Positions 9,050-21,700 of a DNA stretch of 64,000 bases are shown here, in pieces (position 1 is the first letter of the stretch; each line of letters opens with the position of its first letter). The stretch lies in IMG/VR virus record IMGVR_UViG_3300046170_000378, positions 148,343 to 212,342 of that record. One strand, 5' to 3'. The notes below the pieces were generated by a model. That model had not been told where the DNA came from, did no database searches, and saw only the letters and a program-made list of their open reading frames with translations. The position numbers were made by a program, and so were the translations under genes.

Positions 9050-10987
9050 ATGGTAACTAATTTTACAGCAAATCAAATCGGTGACTTTATGTTCGCTAAA
9101 CTTGTAGATCCTTATGAGGATATTACTAAAGTTACGGGCTGGAATGTTACTACGGGTGTTTCTACACCAAATACTGTTGGACTTTTATCTATGTCTCTTG
9201 GCGGTTTCAATATCACAGGAATAGACACTAACTTAGATTTAGTTCCAGGTGAAAAAATATTGATTTCTAATTATACAGTTACTGTTGATGCTATAATTAG
9301 CCCTAACGAGTTTACTATTTTAGAAGGAGCTCCGATTTCAACTACAGGAATCAAATTCTATAAAAAACCAGATTCTAATAATCATTTTGAATATTCATAT
9401 AGATGGTCTCAAAATGGTCCTAGTACAGATGGTGGACAAATGTCTCCATCTAGGGTATTAAATATGGGTACTGGACCTAATGATTTATTAGGCCAAACAT
9501 TTGATCCTACAAAGCCGCTTTGGTTAGACGTTAAAGCAGAGGTTAATAGATTAAGTGACTACAACACAATAACATTATTAAGTGTTACATTTGAATTACT
9601 TTCTGAGAACGGTGTAATAGAAAGTTGTCCACAATTTTGTGGGGATTGTGATGACGCATGGTCAATGAGTGGATGTGCTAATATTGTTATAGACTGTGAT
9701 GCACCGTTATATGATCCATATAATTTACAGAGGCCAGTTGATACTTATAGAGATATAAGTGAATTATCTTCAGAAATGTGGGGTCACCCAGTAAAATACT
9801 TTAGAGTAGAACCTGACAAAAGGTCGAGTGATGTGGTGTTAATGGAATATTCGCTGTATAATGTAACAGAAAACGCGGAACTTAAAATAATGGTGCCAGA
9901 CAATGCAATGCCTACCCAAGAATTTCAATATGATATTTTTGGAATGGGGTTTGAAGACTTTGAGGTGCATATTACGCAAGGCCAATTTAAAGCGGCATTT
10001 GGTTTAGGACCAAGTCCTAGATCTAGAGATTACTTATATTTCCCACTAATGAATAGGATGTACGAAGTACGTACGGTTTCTTTCGCAGATGAATTCAATA
10101 TGGATATGACGTATTGGAGAGTAATGCTAACTAAATACGAAGAAAGAACAAGCTCTATACATACCGATACTGCAATTGAACAAGAGGTAGATGATTTAGT
10201 TACGGGAATAGAAGAGGTATTTGGTGAAGAGTTACAAGAAGAATATGCAAAGGTAACTAAACCAGAACAATATAAAACAGTTTTTAGTGAAGTTAATGAT
10301 GGCACTAGATATAAAATACATAATGATTTAACTATCAAAGATACTGAAATTAGAAATCAGTGGACAATCGTAGCCAAAAACTGTTATGATATGTCTAGTA
10401 TTAAAGATGTTGGCGTTGAAGCATTACAATATGTAAAAAAATCACAATTAGCAGTTGATAAAAATCTAGCAATGACACTTTGGTTTAGACCTGGTGATAA
10501 ATCATTTACTTCAATTAATCCAAATATAAACTTAGTAAAGGGTAGAACAGGATCTAAGGGATTAAGCTTAGAAACTTCTAAAGATTCAATTACAATAAAG
10601 TTAAACAACGATACACATACATTTAATTACAATTCTGAATTAGAACACAATGTATGGTATGGTGTTGTATTTAATTTAAGTAATACTTATTTCGGGCTAA
10701 GTGTTGATGTTTATAGATTAGATCCTATGAGCAATTGGCAAAACGGCCAATCAATACAGGATACATTGACTTCAGTATTATCAGAAAAACTAGATAGTAT
10801 TACCCCATATGGTTGGACAACGCCTGACAGATGGTCTCTGATGCCAGGTCCACATGAAATAACAAACATAAGGTTATTTAATAAAGTTATTGGAGATGAA
10901 CAACATATTAATCTTTTACAACAGTATGTCGTTAGAGATAATCAATATGCACATATTATCGACAATGCAATACCTTCTATCAACTAA
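9050..10987 (+). CDS. Neck/head-completion protein (T4 gp14-like core) with N-terminal extension and C-terminal LamG/ConA-like domain
   Basis: SEMWGHPVKYFR and PRSRDYLYFPLMNRMYEV..TKYEE resemble gp14; MTLWFRP..WYGVVF..ITNIRLFNK resembles LamG; late motif at 9011. Confidence 0.6.
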   Translation: MVTNFTANQIGDFMFAKLVDPYEDITKVTGWNVTTGVSTPNTVGLLSMSLGGFNITGIDTNLDLVPGEKILISNYTVTVDAIISPNEFTILEGAPISTTGIKFYKKPDSNNHFEYSYRWSQNGPSTDGGQMSPSRVLNMGTGPNDLLGQTFDPTKPLWLDVKAEVNRLSDYNTITLLSVTFELLSENGVIESCPQFCGDCDDAWSMSGCANIVIDCDAPLYDPYNLQRPVDTYRDISELSSEMWGHPVKYFRVEPDKRSSDVVLMEYSLYNVTENAELKIMVPDNAMPTQEFQYDIFGMGFEDFEVHITQGQFKAAFGLGPSPRSRDYLYFPLMNRMYEVRTVSFADEFNMDMTYWRVMLTKYEERTSSIHTDTAIEQEVDDLVTGIEEVFGEELQEEYAKVTKPEQYKTVFSEVNDGTRYKIHNDLTIKDTEIRNQWTIVAKNCYDMSSIKDVGVEALQYVKKSQLAVDKNLAMTLWFRPGDKSFTSINPNINLVKGRTGSKGLSLETSKDSITIKLNNDTHTFNYNSELEHNVWYGVVFNLSNTYFGLSVDVYRLDPMSNWQNGQSIQDTLTSVLSEKLDSITPYGWTTPDRWSLMPGPHEITNIRLFNKVIGDEQHINLLQQYVVRDNQYAHIIDNAIPSIN

Positions 10988-11071
10988 GACGCTACAATCA
11001 AGCTAGATAAATTAGTAACAAATTAATTTGTTACAATGTTTTATTAGATATATAGATTATAATATAATAAT

Positions 11072-11738
11072 ATGAGCGAAGACAAAAAGAAAAGCATTTC
11101 GGATCAAGCTGATGAAATCAGAAAAGAATTAGATGCTTTAATAGGTGAAAATCAAATGGATGTAGAAACAGATCCGACCGATTTACCAATGATACAGAGA
11201 GAAACTAGTTTAGCTCCTGTAAATTATACCGAATTAAAATCAAGTGCTGCTAAAAAAGCAACAAAAACTATTACGTCCCTGATGAAGTTTTATCTCGATG
11301 CAGATATTATTGAAAAGGACGAATATATTCAAGCAAAAAAGAAAATGGATGAAATGACAATGTCGTCATTGATCTATCAACTACAGGCAGGCGAAAGAGC
11401 ACTTACAACACTATTAGAAACTATAGATTCTGGAGAATTGGCACCAAGGATGTTCGAAGTACTTGCAACTCTACAGAAATCAATGTTAGATATTATTAAA
11501 TCTCAGACCATGTATTTAATGGCTGCAGAAGAATCTACTAAAAGAATAGCCAGAGATATTGAGATTTATAGAAAAAGAGATGATGTTGCAGAAATTGAAG
11601 CAGCCGGTGGAGATTCATCAGAAAGAAATGTACAAAGAGGGTACAAAAGATTTAATGGCTGCAATTCAAGCAGGTATTAATCAAACAAAAGAAGAAGATA
11701 TAGAAGACGTCGATATAGAAGAGTCTGACGAAGAATAA
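11072..11738 (+). CDS. gp16: Terminase small subunit (gp16-like), +1 indel at ~11640
   Basis: PRMFEVLATLQKSMLDI motif; directly upstream of large terminase; corrected stop overlaps the gp17 ATG. Confidence 0.7.
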
Positions 11739-13571
11739 TGAGCGATTACGTAGGAGACAATAAATGGATACCAAAAGAAGACACTGCACAAGCAGCTTCT
11801 GATAGGATTGTTTGGTCTACTAAACAAGTAGACGATCTTATGCTTGCACTTGATCAAGGGTACAGGCCAAAGGTTGCAATGCCATTTTATGAAGGTAAAC
11901 AGTTTCTACGTAAAGGTAATATTGTATTTGAATACACAGATGAAGAAATTACTGAATTAGCTAGATGTGCTCAAGACATCGTTTACTTTGCAGAAAAATA
12001 TGCAGTAGTAATGACAGATGATGGTATTCAACAAGTAAAACTTAGAGAATATCAAAAAAGAATGTTGAGAAACTTTCAAAATGAAAGATTTAACATTGTT
12101 CTTGCATCTCGACAAATGGGTAAAACAGTAACTGCATCAATATTTAATGCGTGGTATGTTACTTTTAACACAGACAAAAATACACTTTTATTAGCTAATA
12201 AATCTGACTCGACAAAGGAAATTATAGATAAAGCAAAAGGTTGTAGTTGAAAATTTACCATTCTTCATGAAGCCTGGTATTATCAAATATGACGTGATGA
12301 ACGTGAGATGTGATAATGGTTGTCGATTAATAGGACAATCAACTACAGCAAAATCAGGTATTGGTTTTACAATTCACAACCTATACTTAGATGAGTTTGC
12401 CCACATTCACCCATCGATAGCCGATACTTTTTATGAAAATGTATATCCAACGCTATCGTCTTCTAAAGTTTCTAGAATTACTATTACTTCTACACCAAAC
12501 GGATTTAATAAATTTTATAATATTTATGCCGCTGCAGAACGAGGTGATAACGAATACCATGCAATGCGTATTGATTGGTGGGAACACCCAGACAGAGATG
12601 ACGCATGGTATGAAAGAGAGCTGGCAAATTTAGGTACTATTGAGGCATTTAATAAACAATATGGAAATGAATTTGTTTCGTCTTCAAACCTACTTCTAGA
12701 TCCAGTCGATATGAAGAAAATGCGTAAGCGTATGAAAAAATATATTCATAACGAGTTTGATCAATTTGATTACATTAGTATTGATGTAAAAGACTATTTA
12801 ACATGGGACCCTGAATTTGATATTGAAACATGTAAAGATGGTGGCAATTTTTGGTTATTTTCGGTAGATATAGCAGAAGGAAATGGAGGTGATTATTCAG
12901 TGATTAATATTTTTAAAATAGATCACATGAATGAACAAGAAATAAAAAACGTTGTAAATCCTGGAGCGATGTATGATTTCTTTAAATTTAAACAAGTTGC
13001 AGTCTTTAGGTCTAACGAACATGTTATTGAAGATTTTGCTAAAATACTATATACACTAAGCGTTGATATTTTCAATCCAGAGAATGTTAAGATGGTAGTA
13101 GAATACAACACATATGGTACTGTACTTTTCCAATACTTAGGAACTGTGTTTCCGCAAAGAAACGATTTTGATGAAGAGATGATTGTTAGATTTAAGCACA
13201 GACATGATAGTAAAACACTAAAACCAGGAATAAAATTAAAAACAGATAATAAAGCAATATTTTGTCAGAATTTTGCAAAATTATACAAGATAAATAGATT
13301 AGATTTGACAGATGAATCAACGATAGTAGAAGCTAGTTTGTTTGGTACATTAAGAAATGGAAGTTACGGAGCTCAAATGGGAAATGACGATACCATTATG
13401 ACAGCGATTACCGGAACAGAATTTTTTAATACCACAGACTATGCAGATTATATTGAGGAACTCTTAGATGTCATTGACCCTGATGTCCACGATGCAATGG
13501 AAAGAATCTTATTTAAAGATAACTCTGAGCAAGGGGATTTACAGTTTGACATTTATGATCTGCTTAAATAA
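11738..13571 (+). CDS. gp17: Terminase large subunit (gp17-like), +1 indel at ~12240
   Basis: LREYQK, ASRQMGKT, LLANK, LYLDEFAH, ITSTPNG, VDIAEG.GGDYS, DDTIM. Confidence 0.95.
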
Positions 13572-13629
13572 ATTTACTAAACGGAAACGGATATATAATA
13601 AAAGAACAAAAAAATAAACTAGAAAAATT

Positions 13630-16506
13630 ATGGCATTAAGTCCTCAATTACAACAGTTCAAAAGCTCAGGCGTATATCGTCTAGAGTTTGACAAATCACA
13701 AACTGTTAACATTCCAGCTGAAACTATTAGATTAGTTGTAGGTAGATCTAAAAAAGGTCCTTACAATACTCCAGTATTCATTGAAGATGTTGAACAGTTT
13801 ACACAAGTTTTTGGCGGTGTAGATAAGTCTTTAGAAAAGAAAGGAATGTTTTTCCACAGATCTGCAATCGAAACTCTATCAAGAGGCCCAATCTTGGCAC
13901 TAAACTTAACTGAAGCGGATATAGCTGACAAAGTAGCAATTGTATCTCCTTCAACTAATTCTAGTCAAGAAGGCGGAACGGCAATAAACTTAGAAGCACA
14001 ATATAGCGCAGTTTTCGATACAGATAAATTCTGGAATCCAGCTGACTATAAATTATTAGCTGCTGCAAATAATGAAGAAGAGACTTCTGATAACGCAATT
14101 TCATTTGTAAATATCAAGCAAGATCCTATTACTATCATTATTAGACAAGCTGCTAACACTGAAGGTTTCAACTTAACAGCAAGAGAATGGTACGGAGAAG
14201 CTAACATTCCAGAAGGAATCGAAGAATTAGAATACGTATCTGACTACATGGTAGATGTAATGATCTTTAAAGGTAAGTTTGATGCAGCTGCATTAAACAA
14301 TGACCCAACATATGGTGAAATGTTTGAACAAAGCGGTCTTAAAAGATCTGAGCTTTCAAAATTTGCTGCACTAAGAGAAGTTACTTTATTAGCACAATAC
14401 ACTGGATCACTTATTCCTGACTTTATGGATAATGAAGGTCGTCAATTATACATTGAGACTTTAATTAATCTTGAAGCTAGAAGAACTGGTTTATTCTGTG
14501 CAATTAATGAAGAAGCATTAGAAAGAATCGATCTAGTAGGTAAAAACTTTAATATCTACCAAGATTATCAAGTACTTTCACACAGAGTTGACCAAACTGT
14601 AACATCAGATGACGTTGCATTTGGTAAAGTAATGATCGTTGATGGTAATGAATTAGAAGTAGCTGATTTATCTGCTGCAGAATTAGCACTATTATCAACT
14701 CCAGTTGTACCTGGTAAATTCTTAAACTCATCAGTTTCAGGAGAATGGTTACAAATCTCATCTGTTGAAAACAGAGTAGACGGATCTGGCAACATTATAG
14801 GTTCTACTATTAAAACCTGAAGAAGGTACTTTTGACAAAGTTGAATACGAAGCATATGACAGTGACGCTGCAAATGTTGCACCAGGCTACATGGGTAAGC
14901 AGGCGTAGATATTACAGTTGATGTTGATGGTTCTCTTATCATATCAAGTAACGCATGGACACAAGGTCAAGTATTAGAAGGAAACTTCTTACCAAGTGCA
15001 TCTAATGGTGAATTTGTTGCTATTTCAGCAGTTGATGTTAATTATGGTCAAGACGGAGATCAAATTAGAATCGCACCTGCAGGTGGAGAAGCATTCTCTG
15101 CATCTTTCAACGGCTTAACAGGTATTACTACATTACAAGCTTCAGTTAGAAAAGCAACCGAAACAGGCATTAGTATCTGTAGGTTGATCCTAACGACAGA
15201 GCGGTATTATTACCAAACGTTGGTTCAGGATGGAGCTTTGATGATATGGGTGCAGGTAAAATTATTTACTCTTACACTGGTACAGAACTAGATCCATTTA
15301 ACTGGGCAGACGTTAAGGTTGGAATGTACATTCCTACTAAAAGCGGAAACTTAGCTAAAATTCAAAGAAAAGTAAAAGTTGTAGATGGTACAACTACTAA
15401 ATATGAATTCCAAGTTCATAGAGATGTTGAGAACGAAAGACCTGGACATGCTCTTAAGAGATACGAAGAATCTACTGAACTTTATACAATGTTCCCATTA
15501 AATGGCGCAACACATACGCCTAAGAAAATTGCAGAATTAATGGCAGCAATTAAGCCAGGTACTGGTTTAGGTAATGCATTAGTAGACAAAGATAACATTA
15601 CATTTAGATATGTTGTTGATACCTTTTGGATCATTAGAAGATGGTACTATCTTAAATAAAGAAGAATTAACACTTCTTTGTAAAGAAAGACAAAACGCAT
15701 CAGCTATCCTAAATGCACCAATGGTAAAAGAATTGAAGAAATCAACAAATCCTTCATTCTTAAATACTTTATCTGGAGCATTTGATGTTAACACAATAGC
15801 AACTGGTGGTAATTTAGATTTAAATCCATCATTATTGTATACACTACCTTCAATCAACGAAGGTGCTAACTACGGATTCTACTATGGTCCTGGTTTAAAT
15901 GTACTTGAGAACGGTAAAACGTTGGTAATTCCACCAGCAGGTTACGTATCTAACAACTACATTGATAAGTATACAAGTGCTTTACCATGGTCAATCATCG
16001 CAGGACCAAGAAGAGGTGTTGTTGGTGGTACAGGTGTACAAAGTGTTGAATTTGCATTCGATAAGAATGACAGAGATGTACTTGAGCCATTTGGTTACAA
16101 CCCAATCGTATTCGAAAGAGGCGTTGGTCTTACAATCAAAGGTAACAAAACTGCACAACAAGGAATTCAATCAGCATTATCTTCTGCACACGTTAGAGAA
16201 GCAATGATCTACATCGAAGATGGTTTAGCTGAGATATTGAAGAACTACTTGTTCGAGTTTAATACTGCTCAAACTAGATTAGAGATTAAAACTTTAGCAG
16301 ACAACTTTATGGAGTCAGTTAAGAAAGATCAAGGTGTTTACGATTACAGAAACATCATGGACGGAACTAACAACACTAACGAAGTTATTGACAACAACAT
16401 GGGTATTTTAGATACTTACGTTGAGCCAGTTAAAGGTCTTGAAATCTTAGTATCGAGAGTAACAATCTTGAATACAGGAGAAATCGCAACAGGTAACTTT
16501 GCATAA
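13630..16506 (+). CDS. gp18: Contractile tail sheath protein (gp18-like) with inserted domains, 6 apparent +1 indels
   Basis: SSGVYRLEFDKS N-terminus; PWSIIAGPRRG, YNPIV, GNKT, HVREAMIYIE, FEFN C-terminus. Removing bases at ~14816, 14885, 14902, 15166, 15182 and 15622 gives one frame. Confidence 0.9.
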
Positions 16507-16543
16507 GAAAACTAGATATATAAAATAAACAAAGATAAAAATT

Positions 16544-17101
16544 ATGGCTTTACCACATTATTCAGAGGATCAAACTCAAAAGAAAGGTAGAAATTTTGAA
16601 GCTGTACAGGCTAACCTGTTCGAAGTAACAATCTTACCACCAGACGGTGTAACAGGACAAGGAATGTTATTACAGCACATTAACTCTATCTCAGGACTTG
16701 ACACTCTACACAGGGAAGTAGCTGCGGTTGAACAAAAGTACAAGTTTGCTACCAGATCATTTGCTGGTATGCCTGACGGAACTGCGATTGACGTAACAGT
16801 TAACTTTACATTAAACCTAAACGATTCTAACCAAGCTTACTTATACAAGACTATAAGACAATGGTACAGATCTCAATATAATCCAGAAACTGGTGAAATG
16901 GGTCTTAAAAAGAATTACGTAGGTACAATTGTAATCGTACAATTCAACAGAGAAGGAGATATTTACAGAAAGGTAACACTTGATGATTGTTTCATTACTT
17001 CTGGAGTTGGTTTCACAGGTGAATTAAACTATGAAACTGCTGATCCACAAACATTAGAGATCACTTGGAGAGCTGATGTTTGGGCTGAAGAACTAAACTA
17101 A
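16544..17101 (+). CDS. gp19: Tail tube protein (gp19-like)
   Basis: NLFEVTI, YNPETGEMG.KKNY.G..V.Q.NREG, position after sheath. Confidence 0.8.
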   Translation: MALPHYSEDQTQKKGRNFEAVQANLFEVTILPPDGVTGQGMLLQHINSISGLDTLHREVAAVEQKYKFATRSFAGMPDGTAIDVTVNFTLNLNDSNQAYLYKTIRQWYRSQYNPETGEMGLKKNYVGTIVIVQFNREGDIYRKVTLDDCFITSGVGFTGELNYETADPQTLEITWRADVWAEELN

Positions 17102-17110
17102 GATAAATTT

Positions 17111-17143
17111 AAAGGAGAGGATGCTTCTGTATCTTCTCCTTTT
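17111..17143 (+). terminator. Terminator after tail tube gene
   Basis: AAAGGAGAGGAT/ATCTTCTCCTTT stem followed by T-rich tract. Confidence 0.75.
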
Positions 17144-17188
17144 ATTTTGCACAGAAAATATATTATATTATTAACATATCAAAATATT

Positions 17189-17411
17189 ATGAATAACAAT
17201 AAATTAACCAAAAAAGCTCCAAGTGCTTCTAACAGAAGCCGAAGTACGAGAGGTTAATCGGGTTATTTTAAATGAAGCATTAGAAACAGAAACTCGCCCA
17301 GTATCAGTAAGTGCATGGATACGAGATCTTATTCAAAAAGAGTTATCTTTAAAAACACCCGATCAAAAATCAATTTTAAAACAAACACTTAAAAACCTAA
17401 AAGACAAATAA
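17189..17411 (+). CDS. Small ribbon-helix-helix-like DNA-binding protein (indel in A-run at ~17215)
   Basis: KKLQVLLTEAEVREVNR...SVSAWIRDLIQKEL: beta-helix-helix pattern. Confidence 0.5.
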
Positions 17412-17412
17412 T

Positions 17413-18408
17413 ATGAGTGACGAATTAAACAAAAAAGAAGAAGCGGCTAAAAGGGCTCTAGAGTCAAAGGACGCTATTAATCAATCTTCTGTTCCAGAAA
17501 ACACAGAAGAAGTTTCTAACATGGAAGCCGTAATCGATAGTCAAGGATTAGGTAAAGTTAATATGGGTTCATTTAACCCACCAAAAGCTGCACCTTCTGA
17601 TGATCTATTAGGATGGCATGTTGAGAATTTAGATAATTTGCCTTCAAAGGGTAAATTCTATCCAGCAGATACTATTATTAAGATTAGATCTGCAAAGGCA
17701 GCAGAGATTAGACATTTCTCTACAATGGACGATAACAATTATATCGACATGGAAGAAAAGCTAAACGCTATTGTAGAATCTTGTGCTAAAATCATGTCAG
17801 GTGATAGAAGATTATCTTACAAAGATATTTTAGAAGAAGACAGAATTGTACTTCTTTTGAGTATTAGAGACTTAACTTTCCCAGAACCTGAAAATAAGTT
17901 AATCCTAAAGGGTAAAACTAAAAAAGGTAAAAAGACAGTTGAAATTGAATTAGCAACTAAAAACTTAGTACCTACTGTGATTGAACCAGAAATTGAAAAA
18001 TATTACAATTCTGGAGAAAGAATCTACACAATCCAAACTAGATCAGCTGGTGAAATCAGAATGAAACCACCTACAATTGGTGTAATGGAAGAAGTAACTG
18101 CTTACTTAAAAGATCGTCAAGAAAAAGAGATCGAAATGGATAAAGCATTTATTCAAGTTTTACCATATATTGTTGGTGATTGGAGATCTTTATCACTTCC
18201 TAAGATATTTCAATTAGAAGTTGATTATAAAGGTTGGGATGATAGAAAATACATGATCGTTTATAGATTAGCAGAAAAAATGAGAATTGGTGTACAAACA
18301 ACACTTGAAACAGAAATCGATGGGGAGATCGCAACGGCCCCTCTTGACTTCCCAGGTGGCATCAAAAGTCTTTTCATTATTTCAGATCTCTCTGCAGAAC
18401 TACTTTAA
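17413..18408 (+). CDS. Baseplate hub / tail assembly protein (T4 gp26-like)
   Basis: LPSKGKFYP..IKIRS..EE..DRIVLLLSIR; lies between tube and tape measure. Confidence 0.6.
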   Translation: MSDELNKKEEAAKRALESKDAINQSSVPENTEEVSNMEAVIDSQGLGKVNMGSFNPPKAAPSDDLLGWHVENLDNLPSKGKFYPADTIIKIRSAKAAEIRHFSTMDDNNYIDMEEKLNAIVESCAKIMSGDRRLSYKDILEEDRIVLLLSIRDLTFPEPENKLILKGKTKKGKKTVEIELATKNLVPTVIEPEIEKYYNSGERIYTIQTRSAGEIRMKPPTIGVMEEVTAYLKDRQEKEIEMDKAFIQVLPYIVGDWRSLSLPKIFQLEVDYKGWDDRKYMIVYRLAEKMRIGVQTTLETEIDGEIATAPLDFPGGIKSLFIISDLSAELL

Positions 18409-18652
18409 GACTAAGTTCTACCTGGGTATACATCTTAGAATGCAGCCCTCGGAGATTGAAGAAATGTACTACTATGAATATTGGTATTATGTTCAAAATC
18501 TTCAAGAGTACATTAAGGCTAAGAATAAACAAACATCGGAACAACAAGAACAACAGGAGAAACAATCGGCCGCTATGAGATCGCAGTCCTCTCCTAAGAT
18601 GCCCAAAGTTCCATCAATGAAAGCACCTTCGTTTAAGATGCCGAAATTGTAA
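18360..18652 (+). CDS. Small tail assembly/hub chaperone (gp51-like), no own ATG, +1 frame to upstream gene
   Basis: SLQNYFKTKFYLGIHLRMQPSEIEEMYYYE resembles the SLE.YYKTNF.L..H..EIENM..E pattern; start is uncertain. Confidence 0.5.
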
Positions 18653-18728
18653 AGATATATAGTATGAGAGACGGTGTGCTGGTCTAACGATCAGTACACC
18701 ACATACTTAAAAAATATTTCTCTAAAAC

Positions 18729-21700
18729 TTGAATTTAAATTTCATGAAAAACGCCTTCGATAGAATGGGGGCGCAGAGCAAGGCGATTGAAGAACTCAAT
18801 GAATCAGCTAAAGTAACTGCTGCGGCAGTTTCAGTAGGTGGAGATTTGTATTCTAGAATCGACGCTCTAGTAACAGTATTAGAGGATATGGCTTCCGGTA
18901 AATCTAGGCGGCGGAGGCAATAAGACAAGCATTAAAGAAGCTATGGCCATGGCTATCATGGCACCTACGCTAAAGCCAATAGGTACAGGTTTAGGTTATA
19001 TAGTAGCAGCACTTAACAAATTAGGACCTGACGGTGAGAAAAAGGCTAAGGCAATGGAAGGTATTGCTGGCGCTTTATCAAAACTTGGTGCAGTCGGTAA
19101 GTCTATATTCGCATTCGCAGGGGTATATGGCACTTTCAATTCCACTTTTAATAATAACAGCAATGGCATCGCCCTTTAATAGCGATAGCTCTTTTTGCGA
19201 CAATTGGTGCAGTGATGTTAGTGGCCAAAATACTAGATAAAAAGAAGTTAAAGGCATTAGCACAGCTTAAAAAAGTAGGTTTAGCCCTTTTAGTTTTTGC
19301 TGGATCACTGGCTTTAATATCTTTATTTATAGGACCTGCAATTAAAGGAGCTGTAGGGGTTGCTATTATGTTAGGTATAATAGGTATAACTCTAAAGGTG
19401 CTTGAGATGTTAGGTATCCTAGACGGTAAAAGATTAAAAGAATTTGGAACGGGAATGATGTTATTGGGTCTTGGTATATTAGCCATGGCTGTTTCATTCG
19501 CATTAGTTCAATTAATAATGCCACAAGCAATGAAAGGTGCTATATGGGCACTAGGTATTATATTAGTAATGGGATTAATGTTCTGGATGCTAGATAAGAT
19601 GGGAGTTGACAAAAGCATGCGAGAAGGTATTATGGCAATTGCCATGGCAGGTATCGCCATTGTTGGTTTAGGTCTTGCATTCGCAATATTTAAGTATTTA
19701 ATTCCAGATATGGAAACAATTTGGGCAGCTATTAAAATGTTAGCAATTATTGGTGTAACATTTGCAATAATAGGGGTGTTCCAAAAACCAATCATGACAG
19801 GTGCTAAAGCTCTATTATGGGCTTCATTGGCGATAGTAGTTGTAGCATTAGCATTTCTAATCTTAAATGCATTAATTCCACCTGGAGAAATGACACTCGA
19901 ATCATTTATGCCTCTTTTAGTAGTAGCAGGAATAGCAGCTGCATTCGTAGTTATAGGTTTAGGAGCTAGTTTAATTCAACAAGGTGCTATCGCAATGATT
20001 TTAGCAGGTGTGTCTATAATATTAATAGCGCTTGCAGTAAGAATGATCCAAAAGCCACTTGAAAAAGGAGGTTGGGAACTTATCGGTCAAATAGGTGCTT
20101 TAGTAGCGATGATAGCCGTAGAATTCGGTTTACTTGGTTTAGCATCTCCGTTTATATTGGCAGGTGCCGCGGCAATGTTAGTTTCTGGTGTTGCATTGAT
20201 CACTGTTGCAGGTGGTGTTGCAGCCATGGGCGCAGCAATGGATAAATCTAAAAAGTTATTAGCACAACACCCATCTGGTGATGGGACAAATTTAGGCGTA
20301 CTAATGAGTCAAATTGGAGATAGTTTCAATATGTGGCCATGGGAAGCAGCTGGTATATTATTAGGATCAGCAGCAATGTTAACCGCAGGTTTAGCATTAA
20401 TATCAATTGGTATAGGTATTAATAAATTCCAAAAAATATCTGAGAAGGCTGATTTACCTACGCTAGCTGAAAATATAGCGTTTATGGTCGGTTCATTAGC
20501 AGTTCCTTTTAATTTAATAGGTGGAGGTGGAACGCTTACTGTTAAGGATCCAATGACTGGGAAAGACACAGAAATTAAATTCACTGGTGGTGGAGGTGGT
20601 TTCTTCGGCTTAGGTGGTAGTAATCCAGTAGCTATGGGTATTTCTTCTGTACATGGTATGGGAGCTGCATTAACTGGTATTGCTAAAGGTGTTCAAAACA
20701 TGGCAAATCTTAAATTCCCAACAGGGTTTGATAAAGAAGGTAATGCTACAGGATATGAAACACTATCTGGAGATATTTGGAAAACAGTTATTGAAAATAC
20801 AGTAACTATGGTCGGTTCATTAGCAGTTCCATTTGCTATGATTGGTAACGGTCTTACAATAACAGATCCAGAAACTGGTCAACAAATTAAATTACCAGGT
20901 GGTGGTAAAAAAGGACTTTTAGCTTCTATATTTGGTGGAGGTGAATCTAATCCAGTAGCAGACGGTATTTCTTCTGTACAGGGTATGGGTGAAGCTTTAA
21001 CTGGTATAGCAATGGGTGTACAAGCTATGGCAATGCTTAAAATGCCAACAGGTTTTGATCCAGAAACGGGCGAACCAACAGGATTTGAGGTTTTTAATTT
21101 AGAGCATGCTAAAACAGTTACAGCAAACACTAAAACTTTGATAACAGCACTATCAGGTACTTTTGCACAAATAGGTAATTCGCCTAATGCCAAAACTAGT
21201 TGGTGGGGAGGAAAGTCTACAATACAAAAAGGTATTGATCTAGCACAAGGCATGGGAACACCTCTTAAAAACTTGGCAACAGGTGTTCAAGATATGGCTA
21301 ATTTAAAATTTGCTAAAGGATATGATGCTGAAGGTAAAGCCACTGGATATTACACTATTTCAGATCTAGATAAAATTGTACCTAAGATTGAAAAAAATTC
21401 ACAAATGCTAATTAAGGCATTAACAAACGTATTTACTACTATTGGTGGTAGTGAAGCTGCTAAAGGTAGAGGATGGTCATTCTGGAAACCTACCAAGTTT
21501 GAAAAGGGTATTGCTCTAGTTGAAAAAATTGCAGATCCATTTAAGAAATTAGCGGGAGCTGCAAAGAACGCTGCAAATATAGTTAAGGATATTTCGAACG
21601 CTCAAGAGGTTCAAGAAAAGGTTAAAGCTATGATTCAAGCTATTACTGAAGCTGGTGGAGAAAAATCACAATCAGAAATAGAAACGGCAATTAGGATGAT

